This document shows, piece after piece, positions 25,701-39,250 of a stretch of 64,000 nucleotides of DNA (within the stretch, counting starts at the first letter, position 1; every line of letters starts with the position of its first letter). The DNA comes from Auanema rhodensis (taxonomy: Eukaryota > Animalia > Nematoda), in contig OZ059900.1 of NCBI GenBank assembly GCA_964057225.1, positions 21,266,001 through 21,330,000 of the forward strand, in the 5' to 3' direction. The notes under the pieces were generated by a model. It ran no database searches, was not told the DNA's origin, and worked only from the letters and a program-made list of their open reading frames with translations. A program made the position numbers and the translations under genes.

Positions 25701-28700
25701 GTTAGAAAATTAAGGAAATTAGCATATTCTGAGGGCACGCCCCTTATGGCTAATATTGATTAAATCGATTTTTGTTCATATGAGTCGTCAAATGCAACGA
25801 ATTTCAGCGTGTTACATACTGAAATGAAGCATTTTACATGCTGAACACTAGAAAAATACAAAAACACAGTATTTCTCATGAGAAATATTTTATTATGCTG
25901 GAAAACCAGTTTTTGGAAATTTCGCTGTAAACAAGGTTTTGACTTACGATTTCATGTGTTCAAACTCATGCAATGTCAATGAAACCTAGCTCAAAATTGT
26001 TCGTACAACGTCTAGTTCCACTTTCACGACAAAAAAACAGGGGTTAGAAAATTAAGGAAATTAGCATATTCTGAGGGCACGCCCCTTATGGCTAATATTG
26101 ATTAAATCGATTTTTGTTCATATGAGTCGTCAAATGCAACGAATTTCAGCGTGTTACATACTAAAATGAAGCATTTTACATGCTGAACACTAGAAAAATA
26201 CAAAAACACAGTATTTCCCATGAGAAATATTTTATTATGCTGGAAAACCAGTTTTTGGAAATTTCGCTGTAAACAATGTTTTGACTTACGATTTCATGTG
26301 TTCAAACTCATGCAATGTCAATGAAACCTGGCTCAAAATTGTTCGTACAACGTCTAGTTCCACTTTCACGACAAAAAAACAGGGGTTAGAAAATTAAGGA
26401 AATTAGCATATTCTGAGGGCACGCCCCTTATGGCTAATATTGATTAAATCGATTTTTGTTCATATGAGTCGTCAAATGCAACGAATTTCAGCGTGTTACA
26501 TACTAAAATGAATCATTTTACATGCTGAACACTAGAAAAATACAAAAACACAGTATTTCCCATGAGAAATATTTTATTATGCTGGAAAACCAGTTTTTGG
26601 AAATTTCGCTGTAAACAAGGTTTTGACTTACGATTTCATGTGTTCAAACTCATGCAATGTCAATGAAACCTAGCTCAAAATTGTTTGTACAACGTCTAGT
26701 TCCACTTTCACGACAAAAAAACAAGGGTTAGAAAATTAAGGAAATTAGCATATTCTGAGGGCACGCCCCTTATGGCTAATATTGATTAAATCGATTTTTG
26801 TTCATATGAGTAGTCAAATGCAACGAATTTCAGCGTGTTACATACTAAAATGAACCATTTTACATGCTGAACACTAGAAAAATACAAAAACACAGTATTT
26901 CCCATGAGAAATATTTTATTATGCTGGAAAACCAGTTTTTGGAATTTTCGCTGTAAACAAGGTTTTGACTTACGATTTCATGTGTTCAAACTCATGCAAT
27001 GTCAATGAAACCTAGCTCAAAATTGTTCGTACAACGTCTAGTTCCACTTTCACGACAAAAAAACAGGGGTTAGAAAATTTAGGAAATTAGCATATTCTGA
27101 GGGCACGCCCCTTATGGCTAATATTGATTAAATCGATTTTTGTTCATATGAGTCGTCAAATGCAACGAATTTCAGCGTGTTACATACTAAAATGAAGCAT
27201 TTTACATGCTGAACACTAGAAAAATACAAAAACACAGTATTTCCCATGAGAAATATTTTATTATGCTGGAAAACCAGTTTTTGGAAATTTCGCTGTAAAC
27301 AAGGTTTTGACTTACGATTTCATGTGTTCAAACTCATGCAATGTCAATGAAACCTGGCTCAAAATTGTTCGTACAACGTCTAGTTCCACTTTCACGACAA
27401 AAAAACAGGGGTTAGAAAATTAAGGAAATTAGCATATTCTGAGGGCACGCCCCTTATGGCTAATATTGATTAAATCGATTTTTGTTCATATGAGTCGTCA
27501 AATGCAACGAATTTCAGCGTGTTACATACTAAAATGAATCATTTTACATGCTGAACACTAGAAAAATACAAAAACACAGTATTTCTCATGAGAAATATTT
27601 TATTATGCTGGAAAACCAGTTTTTGGAAATTTCGCTGTAAACAAGGTTTTGACTTACGATTTCATGTGTTCAAACTCATGCAATGTCAATGAAACCTAGC
27701 TCAAAATTGTTCGTACAACGTCTAGTTCCACTTTCACGACAAAAAAACAGGGGTTAGAAAATTAAGGAAATTAGCATATTCTGAGGGCACGCCCCTTATG
27801 GCTAATATTGATTAAATCGATTTTTGTTCATATGAGTCGTCAAATGCAACGAATTTCAGCGTGTTACATACTAAAATGAAGCATTTTACATGCTGAACAC
27901 TAGAAAAATACAAAAACACAGTATTTCCCATGAGAAATATTTTATTATGCTGGAAAACCAGTTTTTGGAAATTTCGCTGTAAACAATGTTTTGACTTACG
28001 ATTTCATGTGTTCAAACTCATGCAATGTCAATGAAACCTGGCTCAAAATTGTTCGTACAACGTCTAGTTCCACTTTCACGACAAAAAAACAGGGGTTAGA
28101 AAATTAAGGAAATTAGCATATTCTGAGGGCACGCCCCTTATGGCTAATATTGATTAAATCGATTTTTGTTCATATGAGTCGTCAAATGCAACGAATTTCA
28201 GCGTGTTACATACTAAAATGAATCATTTTACATGCTGAACACTAGAAAAATACAAAAACACAGTATTTCCCATGAGAAATATTTTATTATGCTGGAAAAC
28301 CAGTTTTTGGAAATTTCGCTGTAAACAAGGTTTTGACTTACGATTTCATGTGTTCAAACTCATGCAATGTCAATGAAACCTAGCTCAAAATTGTTTGTAC
28401 AACGTCTAGTTCCACTTTCACGACAAAAAAACAAGGGTTAGAAAATTAAGGAAATTAGCATATTCTGAGGGCACGCCCCTTATGGCTAATATTGATTAAA
28501 TCGATTTTTGTTCATATGAGTAGTCAAATGCAACGAATTTCAGCGTGTTACATACTAAAATGAACCATTTTACATGCTGAACACTAGAAAAATACAAAAA
28601 CACAGTATTTCCCATGAGAAATATTTTATTATGCTGGAAAACCAGTTTTTGGAATTTTCGCTGTAAACAAGGTTTTGACTTACGATTTCATGTGTTCAAA

Positions 28701-29829
28701 CTCATGCAATGTCAATGAAACCTAGCTCAAAATTGTTCGTACAACGTCTAGTTCCACTTTCACGACAAAAAAACAGGGGTTAGAAAATTTAGGAAATTAG
28801 CATATTCTGAGGGCACGCCCCTTATGGCTAATATTGATTAAATCGATTTTTGTTCATATGAGTCGTCAAATGCAACGAATTTCAGCGTGTTACATACTAA
28901 AATGAAGCATTTTACATGCTGAACACTAGAAAAATACAAAAACACAGTATTTCCCATGAGAAATATTTTATTATGCTGGAAAACCAGTTTTTGGAAATTT
29001 CGCTGTAAACAAGGTTTTGACTTACGATTTCATGTGTTCAAACTCATGCAATGTCAATGAAACCTAGCTCAAAATTGTTCCTACAACGTCTAGTTCCACT
29101 TTCACGACAAAAAAACAGGGGTTAGAAAATTAATGAAATTAGCATATTCTGAGGGCACGCCCCTTATGGCTAATATTGATTAAATCGATTTTTGTTCATA
29201 TGAGTCGTCAAATGCAACGAATTTCATCGTGTTACATACTAAAATTAAGCATTTTACATGCTGAACACTAGAAAAATACAAAAACACAGTATTTCTCATG
29301 AGAAATATTTTATTATGCTGGAAAACCAGTTTTTGGAAATTTCGCTGTAAACAAGGTTTTGACTTACGATTTCATGTGTTCAAACTCATGCAATGTCAAT
29401 GAAACCTAGCTCAAAATTGTTTGTACAACGTCTAGTTCCACTTTCACGACAAAAAAACAGGGGTTAGAAAATTAAGGAAATTAGCATATTCTGAGGGCAC
29501 GCCCCTTATGGCTAATATTGATTAAATCGATTTTTGTTCATATGAGTAGTCAAATGCAACGAATTTCAGCGTGTTACATACTAAAATGAAGCATTTTACA
29601 TGCTGAACACTAGAAAAATACAAAAACACAGTATTTCCCATGAGAAATATTTTATTATGCTGGAAAACCAGTTTTTGGAATTTTCGCTGTAAACAAGGTT
29701 TTGACTTACGATTTCATGTGTTCAAACTCATGCAATGTCAATGAAACCTAGCTCAAAATTGTTCGTACAACGTCTAGTTCCACTTTCACGACAAAAAAAC
29801 AGGGGTTAGAAAATTAAGGAAATTAGCAT
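22704..29829 (-). repeat. Reverse satellite block (~21 monomers): right-type variants grading into inverted left-type monomers
   Basis: Reverse-complement monomers with 342-bp period. Right-type variants (GCGACG, TTATGA, CCTGG, AATGTT, GAATC) run to ~26600; left-type markers (TTTGTAC, CAAGGG, GAGTAG, GAACC, ATTTAGG) appear from ~26685. Confidence 0.95.
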
Positions 29830-30273
29830 TTTTCTAGTGTTCAGCATGTAAAATGCTTCATTTTAGTATGTAACACGCTGAAATTCGTTGCATTTGACGA
29901 CTCATATGAACAAAAATCGATTTAATCAATATTAGCCATAAGGGGCGTGCCCTCAGAATATGCTAATTTCCTTAATTTTCTAACCCCTGTTTTTTTGTCG
30001 TGAAAGTGGAACTAGACGTTGTACGAACAATTTTGAGCTAGGTTTCATTGACATTGCATGAGTTTGAACACATGAAATCGTAAGTCAAAACCTTGTTTAC
30101 AGCGAAATTTCCAAAAACTGGTTTTCCAGCATAATAAAATAATTCTCATGAGAAATACTGTGTTTTTGTATTTTTCTAGTGTTCAGCATGTAAAATGCTT
30201 CATTTTAGTATGTAACACGCTGAAATTCGTTGCATTTGACGACTCACATTGAAATCGATTTTTGTTCATATGT
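29828..30273 (+). repeat. Forward island 1 (446 bp including junction-B cassette)
   Basis: Reverse complement of 22677-23122, including the AAATAATTCTC variant. Confidence 0.95.
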
Positions 30274-31896
30274 GTTACATACTAAAATGAAGCATTTTAC
30301 ATGCTGAACACTAGAAAAACACAAAAACACAGTATTTCTCATGAGAAATATTTTATTATGCTGGAAAACCAGTTTTTGGAAATTTCGCTGTAAACAAGGT
30401 TTTGACTTACGATTTCATGTGTTCAAACTCATGCAATGTCAATGAAACCTAGCTCAAAATTGTTTGTACAACGTCTAGTTCCACTTTCACGACAAAAAAA
30501 CAAGGGTTAGAAAATTAAGGAAATTAGCATATTCTGAGGGCACGCCCCTTATGGCTAATATTGATTAAATCGATTTTTGTTCATATGAGTAGTCAAATGC
30601 AACGAATTTCAGCGTGTTACATACTAAAATGAACCATTTTACATGCTGAACACTAGAAAAATACAAAAACACAGTATTTCCCATGAGAAATATTTTATTA
30701 TGCTGGAAAACCAGTTTTTGGAATTTTCGCTGTAAACAAGGTTTTGACTTACGATTTCATGTGTTCAAACTCATGCAATGTCAATGAAACCTAGCTCAAA
30801 ATTGTTCGTACAACGTCTAGTTCCACTTTCACGACAAAAAAACAGGGGTTAGAAAATTTAGGAAATTAGCATATTCTGAGGGCACGCCCCTTATGGCTAA
30901 TATTGATTAAATCGATTTTTGTTCATATGAGTCGTCAAATGCAACGAATTTCAGCGTGTTACATACTAAAATGAAGCATTTTACATGCTGAACACTAGAA
31001 AAATACAAAAACACAGTATTTCCCATGAGAAATATTTTATTATGCTGGAAAACCAGTTTTTGGAAATTTCGCTGTAAACAAGGTTTTGACTTACGATTTC
31101 ATGTGTTCAAACTCATGCAATGTCAATGAAACCTAGCTCAAAATTGTTCCTACAACGTCTAGTTCCACTTTCACGACAAAAAAACAGGGGTTAGAAAATT
31201 AATGAAATTAGCATATTCTGAGGGCACGCCCCTTATGGCTAATATTGATTAAATCGATTTTTGTTCATATGAGTCGTCAAATGCAACGAATTTCATCGTG
31301 TTACATACTAAAATTAAGCATTTTACATGCTGAACACTAGAAAAATACAAAAACACAGTATTTCTCATGAGAAATATTTTATTATGCTGGAAAACCAGTT
31401 TTTGGAAATTTCGCTGTAAACAAGGTTTTGACTTACGATTTCATGTGTTCAAACTCATGCAATGTCAATGAAACCTAGCTCAAAATTGTTTGTACAACGT
31501 CTAGTTCCACTTTCACGACAAAAAAACAGGGGTTAGAAAATTAAGGAAATTAGCATATTCTGAGGGCACGCCCCTTATGGCTAATATTGATTAAATCGAT
31601 TTTTGTTCATATGAGTAGTCAAATGCAACGAATTTCAGCGTGTTACATACTAAAATGAAGCATTTTACATGCTGAACACTAGAAAAATACAAAAACACAG
31701 TATTTCCCATGAGAAATATTTTATTATGCTGGAAAACCAGTTTTTGGAATTTTCGCTGTAAACAAGGTTTTGACTTACGATTTCATGTGTTCAAACTCAT
31801 GCAATGTCAATGAAACCTAGCTCAAAATTGTTCGTACAACGTCTAGTTCCACTTTCACGACAAAAAAACAGGGGTTAGAAAATTAAGGAAATTAGC

Positions 31897-32342
31897 ATTT
31901 TTCTAGTGTTCAGCATGTAAAATGCTTCATTTTAGTATGTAACACGCTGAAATTCGTTGCATTTGACGACTCATATGAACAAAAATCGATTTAATCAATA
32001 TTAGCCATAAGGGGCGTGCCCTCAGAATATGCTAATTTCCTTAATTTTCTAACCCCTGTTTTTTTGTCGTGAAAGTGGAACTAGACGTTGTACGAACAAT
32101 TTTGAGCTAGGTTTCATTGACATTGCATGAGTTTGAACACATGAAATCGTAAGTCAAAACCTTGTTTACAGCGAAATTTCCAAAAACTGGTTTTCCAGCA
32201 TAATAAAATAATTCTCATGAGAAATACTGTGTTTTTGTATTTTTCTAGTGTTCAGCATGTAAAATGCTTCATTTTAGTATGTAACACGCTGAAATTCGTT
32301 GCATTTGACGACTCACATTGAAATCGATTTTTGTTCATATGT
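31897..32342 (+). repeat. Forward island 2 (446 bp)
   Basis: Junction A at start; GACTCACATTGAAATCGATTTTTGTTCATATGT (junction B) at end. Confidence 0.95.
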
Positions 32343-33965
32343 GTTACATACTAAAATGAAGCATTTTACATGCTGAACACTAGAAAAATACAAAAACACA
32401 GTATTTCTCATGAGAAATATTTTATTATGCTGGAAAACCAGTTTTTGGAAATTTCGCTGTAAACAAGGTTTTGACTTACGATTTCATGTGTTCAAACTCA
32501 TGCAATGTCAATGAAACCTAGCTCAAAATTGTTTGTACAACGTCTAGTTCCACTTTCACGACAAAAAAACAAGGGTTAGAAAATTAAGGAAATTAGCATA
32601 TTCTGAGGGCACGCCCCTTATGGCTAATATTGATTAAATCGATTTTTGTTCATATGAGTAGTCAAATGCAACGAATTTCAGCGTGTTACATACTAAAATG
32701 AACCATTTTACATGCTGAACACTAGAAAATTACAAAAACACAGTATTTCCCATGAGAAATATTTTATTATGCTGGAAAACCAGTTTTTGGAATTTTCGCT
32801 GTAAACAAGGTTTTGACTTACGATTTCATGTGTTCAAACTCATGCAATGTCAATGAAACCTAGCTCAAAATTGTTCGTACAACGTCTAGTTCCACTTTCA
32901 CGACAAAAAAACAGGGGTTAGAAAATTTAGGAAATTAGCATATTCTGAGGGCACGCCCCTTATGGCTAATATTGATTAAATCGATTTTTGTTCATATGAG
33001 TCGTCAAATGCAACGAATTTCAGCGTGTTACATACTAAAATGAAGCATTTTACATGCTGAACACTAGAAAAATACAAAAACACAGTATTTCCCATGAGAA
33101 ATATTTTATTATGCTGGAAAACCAGTTTTTGGAAATTTCGCTGTAAACAAGGTTTTGACTTACGATTTCATGTGTTCAAACTCATGCAATGTCAATGAAA
33201 CCTAGCTCAAAATTGTTCCTACAACGTCTAGTTCCACTTTCACGACAAAAAAACAGGGGTTAGAAAATTAATGAAATTAGCATATTCTGAGGGCACGCCC
33301 CTTATGGCTAATATTGATTAAATCGATTTTTGTTCATATGAGTCGTCAAATGCAACGAATTTCATCGTGTTACATACTAAAATTAAGCATTTTACATGCT
33401 GAACACTAGAAAAATACAAAAACACAGTATTTCTCATGAGAAATATTTTATTATGCTGGAAAACCAGTTTTTGGAAATTTCGCTGTAAACAAGGTTTTGA
33501 CTTACGATTTCATGTGTTCAAACTCATGCAATGTCAATGAAACCTAGCTCAAAATTGTTTGTACAACGTCTAGTTCCACTTTCACGACAAAAAAACAGGG
33601 GTTAGAAAATTAAGGAAATTAGCATATTCTGAGGGCACGCCCCTTATGGCTAATATTGATTAAATCGATTTTTGTTCATATGAGTAGTCAAATGCAACGA
33701 ATTTCAGCGTGTTACATACTAAAATGAAGCATTTTACATGCTGAACACTAGAAAAATACAAAAACACAGTATTTCCCATGAGAAATATTTTATTATGCTG
33801 GAAAACCAGTTTTTGGAAATTTCGCTGTAAACAAGGTTTTGACTTACGATTTCATGTGTTCAAACTCATGCAATGTCAATGAAACCTAGCTCAAAATTGT
33901 TTGTACAACGTCTAGTTCCACTTTCACGACAAAAAAACAGGGGTTAGAAAATTAAGGAAATTAGC

Positions 33966-34069
33966 ATTTTTCTAGTGTTCAGCATGTAAAATGCTTCATT
34001 TTAGTATGTAACACGCTGAAATTCGTTGCATTTGACGACTCACATTGAAATCGATTTTTGTTCATATGT
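33966..34069 (+). repeat. Forward island 3 (104 bp)
   Basis: Same two junctions, one monomer shorter (446-342). Confidence 0.95.
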
Positions 34070-35692
34070 GTTACATACTAAAATGAAGCATTTTACATGC
34101 TGAACACTAGAAAAATACAAAAACACAGTATTTCTCATGAGAAATATTTTATTATGCTGGAAAACCAGTTTTTGGAAATTTCGCTGTAAACAAGGTTTTG
34201 ACTTACGATTTCATGTGTTCAAACTCATGCAATGTCAATGAAACCTAGCTCAAAATTGTTTCTACAACGTCTAGTTCCACTTTCACGACAAAAAAACAAG
34301 GGTTAGAAAATTAAGGAAATTAGCATATTCTGAGGGCACGCCCCTTATGGCTAATATTGATTAAATCGATTTTTGTTCATATGAGTAGTCAAATGCAACG
34401 AATTTCAGCGTGTTACATACTAAAATGAACCATTTTACATGCTGAACACTGGAAAAATACAAAAACACAGTATTTCCCATGAGAAATATTTTATTATGCT
34501 GGAAAACCAGTTTTTGGAATTTTCGCTGTAAACAAGGTTTTGACTTACGATTTCATGTGTTCAAACTCATGCAATGTCAATGAAACCTAGCTCAAAATTG
34601 TTCGTACAACGTCTAGTTCCACTTTCACGACAAAAAAACAGGGGTTAGAAAATTTAGGAAATTAGCATATTCTGAGGGCACGCCCCTTATGGCTAATATT
34701 GATTAAATCGATTTTTGTTCATATGAGTCGTCAAATGCAACGAATTTCAGCGTGTTACATACTAAAATGAAGCATTTTACATGCTGAACACTAGAAAAAT
34801 ACAAAAACACAGTATTTCCCATGAGAAATATTTTATTATGCTGGAAAACCAGTTTTTGGAAATTTCGCTGTAAACAAGGTTTTGACTTACGATTTCATGT
34901 GTTCAAACTCATGCAATGTCAATGAAACCTAGCTCAAAATTGTTCCTACAACGTCTAGTTCCACTTTCACGACAAAAAAACAGGGGTTAGAAAATTAATG
35001 AAATTAGCATATTCTGAGGGCACGCCCCTTATGGCTAATATTGATTAAATCGATTTTTGTTCATATGAGTCGTCAAATGCAACGAATTTCATCGTGTTAC
35101 ATACTAAAATTAAGCATTTTACATGCTGAACACTAGAAAAATACAAAAACACAGTATTTCTCATGAGAAATATTTTATTATGCTGGAAAACCAGTTTTTG
35201 GAAATTTCGCTGTAAACAAGGTTTTGACTTACGATTTCATGTGTTCAAACTCATGCAATGTCAATGAAACCTAGCTCAAAATTGTTTGTACAACGTCTAG
35301 TTCAACTTTCACGACAAAAAAACAGGGGTTAGAAAATTAAGGAAATTAGCATATTCTGAGGGCACGCCCCTTATGGCTAATATTGATTAAATCGATTTTT
35401 GTTCATATGAGTAGTCAAATGCAACGAATTTCAGCGTGTTACATACTAAAATGAAGCATTTTACATGCTGAACACTAGAAAAATACAAAAACACAGTATT
35501 TCCCATGAGAAATATTTTATTATGCTGGAAAACCAGTTTTTGGAATTTTCGCTGTAAACAAGGTTTTGACTTACGATTTCATGTGTTCAAACTCATGCAA
35601 TGTCAATGAAACCTAGCTCAAAATTGTTCGTACAACGTCTAGTTCCACTTTCACGACAAAAAAACAGGGGTTAGAAAATTAAGGAAATTATC

Positions 35693-36138
35693 ATTTTTCT
35701 AGTGTTCAGCATGTAAAATGCTTCATTTTAGTATGTAACACGCTGAAATTCGTTGCATTTGACGACTCATATGAACAAAAATCGATTTAATCAATATTAG
35801 CCATAAGGGGCGTGCCCTCAGAATATGCTAATTTCCTTAATTTTCTAACCCCTGTTTTTTTGTCGTGAAAGTGGAACTAGACGTTGTACGAACAATTTTG
35901 AGCTAGGTTTCATTGACATTGCATGAGTTTGAACACATGAAATCGTAAGTCAAAACCTTGTTTACAGCGAAATTTCCAAAAACTGGTTTTCCAGCATAAT
36001 AAAATAATTCTCATGAGAAATACTGTGTTTTTGTATTTTTCTAGTGTTCAGCATGTAAAATGCTTCATTTTAGTATGTAACACGCTGAAATTCGTTGCAT
36101 TTGACGACTCACATTGAAATCGATTTTTGTTCATATGT
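35693..36138 (+). repeat. Forward island 4 (446 bp)
   Basis: Same junctions; private G>T just upstream (ATTATCAT). Confidence 0.95.
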
Positions 36139-38103
36139 GTTACATACTAAAATGAAGCATTTTACATGCTGAACACTAGAAAAATACAAAAACACAGTAT
36201 TTCTCATGAGAAATATTTTATTATGCTGGAAAACCAGTTTTTGGAAATTTCGCTGTAAACAAGGTTTTGACTTACGATTTCATGTGTTCAAACTCATGCA
36301 ATGTCAATGAAACCTAGCTCAAAATTGTTTCTACAACGTCTAGTTCCACTTTCACGACAAAAAAACAAGGGTTAGAAAATTAAGGAAATTAGCATATTCT
36401 GAGGGCACGCCCCTTATGGCTAATATTGATTAAATCGATTTTTGTTCATATGAGTAGTCAAATGCAACGAATTTCAGCGTGTTACATACTAAAATGAACC
36501 ATTTTACATGCTGAACACTGGAAAAATACAAAAACACAGTATTTCCCATGAGAAATATTTTATTATGCTGGAAAACCAGTTTTTGGAATTTTCGCTGTAA
36601 ACAAGGTTTTGACTTACGATTTCATGTGTTCAAACTCATGCAATGTCAATGAAACCTAGCTCAAAATTGTTCGTACAACGTCTAGTTCCACTTTCACGAC
36701 AAAAAAACAGGGGTTAGAAAATTAAGGAAATTAGCATATTCTGAGGGCACGCCCCTTATGGCTAATATTGATTAAATCGATTTTTGTTCATATGAGTAGT
36801 CAAATGCAACGAATTTCAGCGTGTTACATACTAAAATGAACCATTTTACATGCTGAACACTAGAAAAATACAAAAACACAGTATTTCCCATGAGAAATAT
36901 TTTATTATGCTGGAAAACCAGTTTTTGGAATTTTCGCTGTAAACAAGGTTTTGACTTACGATTTCATGTGTTCAAACTCATGCAATGTCAATGAAACCTA
37001 GCTCAAAATTGTTCGTACAACGTCTAGTTCCACTTTCACGACAAAAAAACAGGGGTTAGAAAATTTAGGAAATTAGCATATTCTGAGGGCACGCCCCTTA
37101 TGGCTAATATTGATTAAATCGATTTTTGTTCATATGAGTCGTCAAATGCAACGAATTTCAGCGTGTTACATACTAAAATGAAGCATTTTACATGCTGAAC
37201 ACTAGAAAAATACAAAAACACAGTATTTCCCATGAGAAATATTTTATTATGCTGGAAAACCAGTTTTTGGAAATTTCGCTGTAAACAAGGTTTTGACTTA
37301 CGATTTCATGTGTTCAAACTCATGCAATGTCAATGAAACCTAGCTCAAAATTGTTCCTACAACGTCTAGTTCCACTTTCACGACAAAAAAACAGGGGTTA
37401 GAAAATTAATGAAATTAGCATATTCTGAGGGCACGCCCCTTATGGCTAATATTGATTAAATCGATTTTTGTTCATATGAGTCGTCAAATGCAACGAATTT
37501 CATCGTGTTACATACTAAAATTAAGCATTTTACATGCTGAACACTAGAAAAATACAAAAACACAGTATTTCTCATGAGAAATATTTTATTATGCTGGAAA
37601 ACCAGTTTTTGGAAATTTCGCTGTAAACAAGGTTTTGACTTACGATTTCATGTGTTCAAACTCATGCAATGTCAATGAAACCTAGCTCAAAATTGTTTGT
37701 ACAACGTCTAGTTCAACTTTCACGACAAAAAAACAGGGGTTAGAAAATTAAGGAAATTAGCATATTCTGAGGGCACGCCCCTTATGGCTAATATTGATTA
37801 AATCGATTTTTGTTCATATGAGTAGTCAAATGCAACGAATTTCAGCGTGTTACATACTAAAATGAAGCATTTTACATGCTGAACACTAGAAAAATACAAA
37901 AACACAGTATTTCCCATGAGAAATATTTTATTATGCTGGAAAACCAGTTTTTGGAATTTTCGCTGTAAACAAGGTTTTGACTTACGATTTCATGTGTTCA
38001 AACTCATGCAATGTCAATGAAACCTAGCTCAAAATTGTTCGTACAACGTCTAGTTCCACTTTCACGACAAAAAAACAGGGGTTAGAAAATTAAGGAAATT
38101 AGC

Positions 38104-38891
38104 ATTTTTCTAGTGTTCAGCATGTAAAATGCTTCATTTTAGTATGTAACACGCTGAAATTCGTTGCATTTGACGACTCATATGAACAAAAATCGATTTA
38201 ATCAATATTAGCCATAAGGGGCGTGCCCTCAGAATATGCTAATTTCCTTAATTTTCTAACCCCTGTTTTTTTGTCGTGAAAGTGGAACTAGACGTTGTAC
38301 GAACAATTTTGAGCTAGGTTTCATTGACATTGCATGAGTTTGAACACATGAAATCGTAAGTCAAAACCTTGTTTACAGCGAAATTTCCAAAAACTGGTTT
38401 TCCAGCATAATAAAATAATTCTCATGAGAAATACTGTGTTTTTGTATTTTTCTAGTGTTCAGCATGTAAAATGCTTCATTTTAGTATGTAACACGCTGAA
38501 ATTCGTTGCATTTGACGACTCATATGAACAAAAATCGATTTAATCAATATTAGCCATAAGGGGCGTGCCCTCAGAATATGCTAATTTCCTTAATTTTCTA
38601 ACCCCTGTTTTTTTGTCGTGAAAGTGGAACTAGACGTTGTACGAACAATTTTGAGCTAGGTTTCATTGACATTGCATGAGTTTGAACACATGAAATCGTA
38701 AGTCAAAACCTTGTTTACAGCGAAATTTCCAAAAACTGGTTTTCCAGCATAATAAAATAATTCTCATGAGAAATACTGTGTTTTTGTATTTTTCTAGTGT
38801 TCAGCATGTAAAATGCTTCATTTTAGTATGTAACACGCTGAAATTCGTTGCATTTGACGACTCACATTGAAATCGATTTTTGTTCATATGT
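38104..38891 (+). repeat. Forward island 5 (788 bp)
   Basis: Same junctions, one monomer longer (446+342); AAATAATTCTC variant present twice. Confidence 0.95.
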
Positions 38892-39146
38892 GTTACATAC
38901 TAAAATGAAGCATTTTACATGCTGAACACTAGAAAAATACAAAAACACAGTATTTCTCATGAGAAATATTTTATTATGCTGGAAAACCAGTTTTTGGAAT
39001 TTTCGCTGTAAACAAGGTTTTGACTTACGATTTCATGTGTTCAAACTCATGCAATGTCAATGAAACCTAGCTCAAAATTGTTCGTACAACGTCTAGTTCC
39101 ACTTTCACGACAAAAAAACAGGGGTTAGAAAATTAAGGAAATTAGC

Positions 39147-39250
39147 ATTTTTCTAGTGTTCAGCATGTAAAATGCTTCATTTTAGTATGTAACACGCTGA
39201 AATTCGTTGCATTTGACGACTCACATTGAAATCGATTTTTGTTCATATGT
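39147..39250 (+). repeat. Forward island 6 (104 bp)
   Basis: Junctions A and B. Confidence 0.95.
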
